DNA of 64,000 nucleotides from a bacterium (lineage in GTDB: Bacteria > Zhuqueibacterota > Zhuqueibacteria > Zhuqueibacterales > Zhuqueibacteraceae): positions 32,001 through 96,000 of the forward strand of contig JBIOXB010000230.1 of the NCBI GenBank assembly GCA_044869275.1, written 5' to 3'. Positions 57,222-64,000 of this stretch are shown here, in pieces. Under the pieces are notes generated by a model. It searched no databases, was not told where the DNA came from, and saw only the letters and a list, made by a program, of their open reading frames with translations. The number at the start of each line of letters is the position of its first letter. The first letter of the stretch is position 1. Position numbers and translations under genes: made by a program.

Positions 57222-58268
57222 CTACCAGATTTTGATTTTCTGAAAATCGTTGATCAGGATAAACACCATCAACGCCAGCAGCAGCGCCATGCCGATTTGT
57301 TGCACCACCACACGCACTTTGACGGAAATCGGCCGGCGCATGGCCGCCTCCAGTCCCAAAAAGACGAGATGGCCGCCGTCGAGCACGGGAATGGGCAGAA
57401 TGTTCAGCAGGCCGAGCTGCAGGCTTAAGATCGCGATGAATTCCATGAGCTTGGCAAAGCCCTGCCGCGCAAACTCGCCCGACAGTTTCATGATTTGCAG
57501 CGGGCCCGCGAACTCGTCTTTGGAGCCTTCGCCGCGCACCAAACGCGCGAGCGTCTTGCCGACTTCCGCGGTCAATTGCCACGAAAGCCTCACGCCTGCG
57601 ACCAGCGCTTCGCCTACGCCGACGTCGCGCGTGACGACGTTCGGACTGATGCCGATCAAGCCGATCTTCTCGCGCGGCTCGAGCCTGGGCTTCACCAGGG
57701 CTTGCATCTTCATGCCGTTGCGATCCCATTCGAGCCGAATCGTGGAATCCGGGCGGCTGTGAATTTTGCTGGTGAGATCGCTCCACGTGCGCACCTCCTC
57801 GCCGTCGATGCGCAGCACACGGTCGCCGGGCTGCAAGCCCACTTCCTGCGCGGGATATTTTTCCATCACCGCGCCCACCACCGGTTCGAGCGAAGCTTCG
57901 GGAATGCCGTAATGATAAGTCAAGCCGGCGAACAACAGGAATGCCAGCAGTACATTCATGAATGGCCCGGCGGCAATCACAATGGCGCGCTGCCAGATCG
58001 GCTTCGACATGAATTCGTCGGGCTTGCCTTCTATATGGGTGTCCATGGATTCGTCGATCATGCCTGCCATTTTCACGTAGCCCCCCAAGGGGAGCCACCC
58101 GATGCAGTAATCCGTATCACCGACCTTTTTCCCGATCATGCGCGGCGGAAAGCCCAGCGAAAAACGCTCCACGCGAATGCCGGCCCATTTGGCGGCGAGA
58201 AAATGGCCCAGCTCGTGGATAAAAATAAGCAGGCCCAGGACGAAAATGAAAGAAAGAATCGTGGTCAT
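57222..58268 (-). CDS. rseP: RIP metalloprotease RseP
   Basis: HELGH, PLGGYV, AGP, a PDZ domain, NILPIPVLDGG. Confidence 0.95.
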   Translation of the reverse strand: MTTILSFIFVLGLLIFIHELGHFLAAKWAGIRVERFSLGFPPRMIGKKVGDTDYCIGWLPLGGYVKMAGMIDESMDTHIEGKPDEFMSKPIWQRAIVIAAGPFMNVLLAFLLFAGLTYHYGIPEASLEPVVGAVMEKYPAQEVGLQPGDRVLRIDGEEVRTWSDLTSKIHSRPDSTIRLEWDRNGMKMQALVKPRLEPREKIGLIGISPNVVTRDVGVGEALVAGVRLSWQLTAEVGKTLARLVRGEGSKDEFAGPLQIMKLSGEFARQGFAKLMEFIAILSLQLGLLNILPIPVLDGGHLVFLGLEAAMRRPISVKVRVVVQQIGMALLLALMVFILINDFQKIKIW

Positions 58269-58480
58269 AGAACTCCTCGGCTGTTAAAAGAATTCCTGAG
58301 AATTTATCGTAATAATGTCAACTTTGCAAGCTGTCTTTGCCGGCAAGAACAGCTGCGGCAAAGCAAACTCCACTCGCCACCGGTTGTCCGGCTGGATCTT
58401 TTCCTTATTCAACCGCAAGGCAGCAAGCCCTCAAAGAAATCATGGTTTTGGTCACGGCTCAAGTTCTAGAAAAAACTCCT

Positions 58481-59662
58481 TCAATGCTTAAGCGCCAATG
58501 CCCCCAAACACCCTTTCACAAACTTTCGCGACCACCGCTCCACCTCCAGCAAGGTTTCAAGATCAATATCGTGGCCATTTCGGTGTTGTTCCAACGCTTC
58601 GGAAACCACCTCGGAAATTTGATGGAAGCGCAGGCGTTCCTGCAAGAAAGCGTGCACCGCTTCTTCGTTCGCCGCGTTCAAAACCGCGGGCGCGGTGCCG
58701 CCTTCTGCCAAGGCCTGCAATGCCAGTTTCAGGCACGAAAATTTTTCGTAATCCGGGGCTTCAAACGTCAGCGTGTGCCAGCGGGAAAAATCCAGGCGCG
58801 GGAAGGGATTGGGCAGGCGATCGGGATAGGTGAGCGCGTATTGGATAGGCAGGCGCATGTCAGGCAAGCCGAGCTGGGCCTTGATCGAGCCATCGACGAA
58901 TTCCACCATGGAGTGAACGATGGATTGCGGATGAATCAACACCTCGATTTGTTGCACCGGCAGGTCGAACAGCCAGCGCGCTTCGATCACTTCCAAGCCT
59001 TTGTTCATCAGCGTGGCGGAATCGATGGTGATCTTGCGGCCCATGCTCCAGTTGGGATGCTTGAGCGCCTGCGCCACGGTGATTTTGTGGAAATCGCCGG
59101 CAGGCCACTCGCGAAACGGCCCGCCCGAGGCGGTAATGATGACTTTGTGAATGCGCTCGCGCCGCTCGCCGCACAGGCATTGCCATAAAGCGCTGTGTTC
59201 GCTGTCGATGGGAATCAGCGTCGCGCCGTGTTTGCGTGCCAGAGAGGTTACCAATTCGCCCGCGATCACCAATGTTTCCTTGTTGGCGAGCGCGAGCGTT
59301 GCACCATTTTTCACCGCCCGCAAAGTCGCCGGCAATCCGGCAGCGCCGACGATGGCATTGACCACCACCTCTACGTGATCTCGGCTTGCCAACTCGACCA
59401 AGCTCTCCGCGCCGAACAGCAGTTCGGTGCCGAGGGCGGCAAATTCACGGCGCCAGTTTTCTTGCGCTTGCCGATCACCACCGTGCCACTGCACCATCGC
59501 CGCCACCCGCGGGCGAAAGTGTCGCGTTTGCTCCAGCAAAAGCTGGGCATTGCCGTGCGTGGCGAGATAATCGATCTCGAATTCACCCGGCAAAGCGTCA
59601 ACGACTTGCAGGCAATTGCTGCCGATGGAGCCGGTTGATCCGAAAATTCCCAGCCGTTTCAT
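58481..59662 (-). CDS. dxr: 1-deoxy-D-xylulose-5-phosphate reductoisomerase
   Basis: GSTGSIG, LANKE, DSEH, TASGGPF, HPNWSMG.KITIDSAT.MNKG.E. Confidence 0.97.
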   Translation of the reverse strand: MKRLGIFGSTGSIGSNCLQVVDALPGEFEIDYLATHGNAQLLLEQTRHFRPRVAAMVQWHGGDRQAQENWRREFAALGTELLFGAESLVELASRDHVEVVVNAIVGAAGLPATLRAVKNGATLALANKETLVIAGELVTSLARKHGATLIPIDSEHSALWQCLCGERRERIHKVIITASGGPFREWPAGDFHKITVAQALKHPNWSMGRKITIDSATLMNKGLEVIEARWLFDLPVQQIEVLIHPQSIVHSMVEFVDGSIKAQLGLPDMRLPIQYALTYPDRLPNPFPRLDFSRWHTLTFEAPDYEKFSCLKLALQALAEGGTAPAVLNAANEEAVHAFLQERLRFHQISEVVSEALEQHRNGHDIDLETLLEVERWSRKFVKGCLGALALKH

Positions 59663-59711
59663 GAGCAGAAATACTCTATTTCACAAAAGGACGATGCTAT
59701 TTTGAAAGAAT

Positions 59712-59910
59712 CCGCTTGTGCGAAAACGCGCTCGCGTCACGACCCCGGACCGACGGGGTCGTGATACCTGTTGCAGCGCTCTGGGTTCCAGTTTTTTTGC
59801 CCGATCAAATTTGTTTCCGCAATACTTACTAAAGCCTAACTTTTCCGGACACAGAGCGTCAACGCCTGCATTCCTCCGCTGAGCGGTGGCACGAAAGTTT
59901 ACACAGGCTG
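59712..59910. mobile_element. MITE-like element with element-B-type ends but different cargo (199 bp), 3-bp duplication AAT
   Basis: AAT|CCGCTTGTGCGAAAAC...GTTTACACAGGCTG|AAT; internal hairpin TCACGACCCCG-N6-CGGGGTCGTGA. Confidence 0.6.
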
Positions 59911-60028
59911 AATCTTGGAAAGTCCCGCCAAATCCTTATGAAGTCGTGGGTCCCGCCAATGGCACGGACGACGCTGGCCAAGATTATCATTCCGGCTAAC
60001 GTGGCTCAGAAAAAAACGGCGCAGGGAA

Positions 60029-60829
60029 CTAGCGCACGCTCAACGCCGCGCCGGCGGCGAAGCTCCAAAACGTGCTGAAATTGGCCTCGGCATTGAGCTT
60101 GACATATGGAATCATCTTGAAAGTCACGCCCGCAGTGCCGTGCGGAGAAAGCAGGCGGTATTTCTCGTCGATTTCGGGCGGCAAGCCGGAAACGGTCAGG
60201 CTCAAATCCGTGCGTTCGGCGCCGCCGCCGCCATACAGCGTGACCGCGGACAGCGATTTGCTGATATAAGCTTTCAAGCTCCATGTGCCCACACTGCCGA
60301 AATCATAGTTGTCGGGCACGAGCAGGCCTTGATAACCGCCCATGATGAGCAGCGCCGGCGAACCCGCCTTGTCTTCCAACAATCCGAACTTCAAGCCTCC
60401 GCCAACCAGCGTGACGTTCCCGCCTTTGGGTTCGCCTTGCACGGGCAAGCTGAAGAATCTGCCATACACCTCCAGCCGCGGCAACACGCCCAAGTTGCCG
60501 TGCAACACGCCGAAGGAAGTGAACTCCACGCCTTCCAGAGGATCTCTCACCGTGGGAACCACGTCGCGGAATTGCTCGGGAACGGGCGAGCCCAGGAAAG
60601 AAAGGCGAAGGTCGATACCGCCAATTTTATGCAGCTCCGCGGTATTGACGAAGCCCGCGCCGGCGAGCGCGTTGTACAATTCCAACAACGCTTCGATCTG
60701 CTTGTCGATCTCGTCTTGCTGCACCTGCGCCGGATCTTGATCACTGATCCAGTCATTGTTTTGCGTCCATGCGGTCGTGGCCATCCCGGCCATCAAGGCG
60801 GCGATCAACGCGACGCGAAAATTGCGCAT
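60029..60829 (-). CDS. Exported protein, probable outer-membrane beta-barrel (DUF6588-like)
   Basis: Signal peptide; NTA..H..GG.D; alternating beta-strands ending near the C-terminus. Confidence 0.55.
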   Translation of the reverse strand: MRNFRVALIAALMAGMATTAWTQNNDWISDQDPAQVQQDEIDKQIEALLELYNALAGAGFVNTAELHKIGGIDLRLSFLGSPVPEQFRDVVPTVRDPLEGVEFTSFGVLHGNLGVLPRLEVYGRFFSLPVQGEPKGGNVTLVGGGLKFGLLEDKAGSPALLIMGGYQGLLVPDNYDFGSVGTWSLKAYISKSLSAVTLYGGGGAERTDLSLTVSGLPPEIDEKYRLLSPHGTAGVTFKMIPYVKLNAEANFSTFWSFAAGAALSVR

Positions 60830-60840
60830 ACGGTTTTCTC

Positions 60841-61641
60841 CTATGGGTTGGTTTTGAGAATGTGATAACGCTCACGCCATGTTTCTGCCAAATCCTGTTC
60901 GGCGGCGAAAACCTCCTCCTCGACAAAATCGAGGCCCAGCGCCTTCTCAAAACCCGTGCGCAGGGCATGGGCGGCATCATCAAAACCTCCTGGCAGCGGC
61001 AAAATCTCGGCAAGGGTGGTGGTGTGCTCGCGCAAACGCAGGCGTTCAGCGGCAATCTCCGCCGGTGCGCCGACGAGATAATCAACCAAACGTTCATGCT
61101 CGCGCTGCAGCAGAATCGAGCCGTGCTGCAGCACCCCTTCGCGAAAGCGGCGTTGCGCACTGCCGGCGACTTTCTTGCCTTGCGCGACGAGCTCATGGCG
61201 CGCCGAGCTGGCAAAACACGCCAGGCGCAACGGTTTGCCGTCGCGATAAAGCCTTTCTCCCGGTGCGAACGCAATATCTGCGCCCAGCAGTCGCAAGCCG
61301 GCCGCGATCGCTTCGCTCATGCGGCGATAAAAATCCAGCGGCAGCATTTGATACCATTCGTGTGCGGCGGGCACGGTCACGCTGTAGGTCAATTCTTCCG
61401 CATGCAAAATCGCGCGCCCGGCCGTGGGCCGCCGTACCACGTCGAGGCCATCGGCGGCACATTTTTTCAGATCGATTTCCCCGGCGTTCTGATGGTGGCC
61501 GAGCGAAATGCAATAAGGCCGCCAGCGAAAAACGCGCAGCGTGGGCAGGCCGCAAAAACCACCGCGGGCCATGGCGGCGTCGAGAGCCATGTTGTAATCA
61601 CCGGGGGCGAAACCGGAATTCAAAAAGCGCCAGTCTGTCAT
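60841..61641 (-). CDS. Lipoate-protein ligase family (LipM-like octanoyltransferase)
   Basis: NMALD, SLG..Q, VRRPT.GRA.LH, ACF, KV.GSAQ, LQHGS. Confidence 0.88.
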   Translation of the reverse strand: MTDWRFLNSGFAPGDYNMALDAAMARGGFCGLPTLRVFRWRPYCISLGHHQNAGEIDLKKCAADGLDVVRRPTAGRAILHAEELTYSVTVPAAHEWYQMLPLDFYRRMSEAIAAGLRLLGADIAFAPGERLYRDGKPLRLACFASSARHELVAQGKKVAGSAQRRFREGVLQHGSILLQREHERLVDYLVGAPAEIAAERLRLREHTTTLAEILPLPGGFDDAAHALRTGFEKALGLDFVEEEVFAAEQDLAETWRERYHILKTNP

Positions 61642-61801
61642 CCTTTTGGGGCGGTTGGCTTATGCGGCTAACGGGATATAGAGCGTGTGCTCAGGTTGAA
61701 CGGTTCCGGAAGTGCCCTCCGCCTGCAAGCGGACGAACACAATTGGCTTATTTTTACGACTGGAAGTACTTCATTGTAGCTTTGTACCGGCAACTTCATT
61801 C

Positions 61802-61893
61802 TGTCATCCCGCCGTTGCGGGATCTTGGTAGATTCGGCACTCGGGCCTGAACGCGGCGGTATCCGAGTCAACCAAGATCTCCGCGGGATGACA
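61802..61893. repeat. REP-like inverted pair, possibly within a degenerate MITE (about 61681-61916)
   Basis: TGTCATCCCGCCGTTGCGGGATCTTGGT ... ACCAAGATCTCCGCGGGATGACA; the left arm is the exact reverse complement of 35054-35081. Confidence 0.75.
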
Positions 61894-61916
61894 TTTCAGG
61901 GCCTTCGGATAGGCTC

Positions 61917-62729
61917 TTAACCAATAATACCCCGCTCGCTTTTTTCGATGAACGCCAGCACCTCCTGCACTTCGGGGATCAATTCGCCGCTTTCACGAAT
62001 GCGCTGCACCGCCTGGCTGACGTTCAGCTTGCTTTTAAAAATGATGCGGTAAGCCTGCTTCAGGGCCGCCAAAATTTCTTCCGAAAAGCCGCGCCGCCGC
62101 AAGCCCACGGAGTTCAGGCCGGCGTAGGTCAGCGGCTCGCCCATGGCGCGAATGAAGGGCGGCACGTCCTTGGCCACGCGATAGAAGCCGCCGATAAAGC
62201 TGTGCTTGCCGATGCGCACGAATTGATGCACCGGCACCATGCCGCCAAAGCCGGCGTAATCTTCGATGACCACATGGCCGGCGAGCGTGGCGGCATTGGC
62301 GAGAATACAATGATTGCCGATGTCGCAATCGTGCGCAACGTGGGTATAGGCCATGAGCAAGCAGTGGCTGCCCACCGTGGTTTTGCCGCGCTCGTGCGTG
62401 CCGCGGTTGAGAGACGCGAATTCGCGAATGACGGTGTGGGCGCCGATTTCCAGCGTGGTTTCTTCGCCTTGGAATTTCAAATCTTGCGGCACTGTGCCCA
62501 GCACGGCGCCGGTGAATACCTGGCAGTATTCGTCCAAGCGCGTGCCCGCAGCGAGGTGCACGTGTGGTTTGATGACGCAGCCGTTGCCGAGGCGCACGTT
62601 GCCTTCGATGACGCTGTACGGTCCGATTTCGACTGCGTCGCCGAGTTCAGCGCGTTTATCGACGACCGCCGTGGGATGAATGTTGGTCACAGGTTGAGGC
62701 TCATTTCGATTTCGCTGCCAATTCATCAC
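61917..62729 (-). CDS. lpxA: UDP-N-acetylglucosamine O-acyltransferase
   Basis: IHPTA, hexapeptide repeats, PQDLKF, HVAHDC, LAGHV, VHQF, N.VGL.RRG. Confidence 0.97.
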   Translation of the reverse strand: MMNWQRNRNEPQPVTNIHPTAVVDKRAELGDAVEIGPYSVIEGNVRLGNGCVIKPHVHLAAGTRLDEYCQVFTGAVLGTVPQDLKFQGEETTLEIGAHTVIREFASLNRGTHERGKTTVGSHCLLMAYTHVAHDCDIGNHCILANAATLAGHVVIEDYAGFGGMVPVHQFVRIGKHSFIGGFYRVAKDVPPFIRAMGEPLTYAGLNSVGLRRRGFSEEILAALKQAYRIIFKSKLNVSQAVQRIRESGELIPEVQEVLAFIEKSERGIIG

Positions 62730-64000
62730 GTCCGCTCGACGACGGCCGCGGAAAGCTCTGCTTCACACACCAGCTCGTTTGCCACGAACGCCTTGCCCGA
62801 CATTTTGCAGATCGATTGCCGCAGCTTGAGCATTTCCACTTCGAAGCGAAGCTGATCGCCGGGCCGCACCGGCTTGCGAAATTTCACTTTGTCGACGCCG
62901 GTGAAATAGACCAGCTTATCTTCGGGATTGTCTTGCGTGTTGAGCAGCAAGATGCCGCCGGTTTGCGCCATGGCTTCGATGAGCAACACGCCGGGCATGA
63001 TGGGATGGCCCGGGAAATGCCCTTGAAAAAACGGCTCGTTGAACGTGACATTTTTGAGGCCCACCACGCGCTCGCGCGGCACCAAATCCAAAATGCGATC
63101 CACGAGCAGGAACGGGTAGCGATGCGGCAAAATTTTGTGGATCGCGAGTGCGTCGAAAACGTATTCGCCGGTGTGCTTGCCCTGATACTTCGAGGTGATT
63201 TGGATTTTTTCGTATTCCTTGCGGATTTTTTTCACCAGCTCAACGTTCGCGGCGTGGCCGGAACGCGCCGCTTGTACGTGCGCCTTGAGCGGCACGCCGA
63301 GCAGCGCGAGATCGCCGAGCAAATCCAGGGCCTTGTGCCGCGCCGGCTCGTTTTTGAAGCGCAGCTCGCTTTCATTGAGATAGCCGTTTTTTTCGAGGCG
63401 TTTCAAATCCACCTGCGGGCCAAAAATTTTGCGCAAATGCTCGAGCTCGTGGCTTTTGATCTCGCGATCCACGAAGACCACGGCATTGTCGAGCGCGCCG
63501 CCCTTGATCAAGCCCTGGCGATACAAGTCTTCCACTTCGGAGAGCAGGCAAAACGTGCGCGCAGGGGCAAACTCGGATTCAAACTCCTTGAGCGAATACA
63601 CTGCAGTGTATTGTGTGCCGACGCTGGGTGCCTTGTAGTCGATCAAGAACGTGATACGAAACTCGTCAGACGGAAACACCACAATGTCCACGCCTTTTTT
63701 TTCATCGGAATAGGCGATGGTTTTTTCGATGACGAGGTAATCGCGCGGGGAGCTTTGCTTGACCGTGCCGGCCTGCTTTAGCACTTGCACGAAGGGCAAG
63801 GCGCTGCCGTCGCACACCGGCGGCTCGTTATTGTCCAATTCGACGATGACGTTATCGATGCGCAAGCCCGCGATCGCGGCCATGACGTGCTCGACGGTGT
63901 GCACCACCACCGGCCCCTTGCCGATCGTGGTGCCGCGCGAGACGTCGATGACGTGATCGATGTCGGCCTTGATTTGCGGTGCGCCCTCGAGATCGGCGCG
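62726..64000 (-). CDS. lpxC-fabZ: Bifunctional LpxC deacetylase / FabZ dehydratase (5' end outside the window)
   Basis: TVEH, DGSA, APARTF, RHK.LD..GDL (LpxC); [29 protein letters not shown] (FabZ). Confidence 0.95.
   Translation of the reverse strand, partial: RADLEGAPQIKADIDHVIDVSRGTTIGKGPVVVHTVEHVMAAIAGLRIDNVIVELDNNEPPVCDGSALPFVQVLKQAGTVKQSSPRDYLVIEKTIAYSDEKKGVDIVVFPSDEFRITFLIDYKAPSVGTQYTAVYSLKEFESEFAPARTFCLLSEVEDLYRQGLIKGGALDNAVVFVDREIKSHELEHLRKIFGPQVDLKRLEKNGYLNESELRFKNEPARHKALDLLGDLALLGVPLKAHVQAARSGHAANVELVKKIRKEYEKIQITSKYQGKHTGEYVFDALAIHKILPHRYPFLLVDRILDLVPRERVVGLKNVTFNEPFFQGHFPGHPIMPGVLLIEAMAQTGGILLLNTQDNPEDKLVYFTGVDKVKFRKPVRPGDQLRFEVEMLKLRQSICKMSGKAFVANELVCEAELSAAVVERT

Noticed and set aside
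61681..61916. IS5-like MITE abutting the lpxA stop codon
   Set aside because: The putative terminal repeats match at only about 10/15 positions, so only the internal REP-like pair is reported.
62726..64000. lpxC-fabZ fusion as a novelty
   Set aside because: Well known in Bacteroidota and related FCB lineages; used only as a taxonomic hint.

Overview
High-GC bacterial chromosomal window, probably from an FCB-group diderm such as KSB1/Calditrichota (inferred from the fused lpxC-fabZ gene and four proteins with NYPNPF-type secretion tails). Left part (1-12.1 kb): an acyl-CoA ligase, a PEGA lipoprotein, yihY, a large secreted protein, and an unusual two-gene operon. That operon encodes a HemX/CcsA-family membrane protein followed by a catalytically dead glutamyl-tRNA reductase (HemA) domain fused to an intact sigma54 activator, behind a candidate sigma54 promoter. 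Middle (12.4-51.0 kb, all minus strand): a ~39 kb Wzx/Wzy-type surface polysaccharide locus. It contains SLBB/Wzc/Wzx/Wzy-like/Wzi/WcaJ genes, three GT4 enzymes, CysC, four sulfotransferases, three NPP/AlkP-family enzymes, a carbamoyltransferase-SxtJ-DUF5989 cassette, a methyltransferase, four exported hydrolase-like proteins and gmhA/gmhB. CysC and two of the AlkP enzymes share a C-terminal (R/H)LxxLGY tail, and the 52-aa DUF5989 protein ends in a DltX-like FIYxxF motif. Right part (51.6-64 kb): housekeeping genes (lolA, ftsK, gcvT, aminotransferase, rseP, dxr, lipoate ligase family, lpxA, lpxC-fabZ). Intergenic spacers carry several REP-like hairpins and MITEs, including one MITE nested inside another with a 3-bp target duplication. 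No rRNA, tRNA, CRISPR array or transposase was seen. All family calls come from motif recognition by eye, not database searches.
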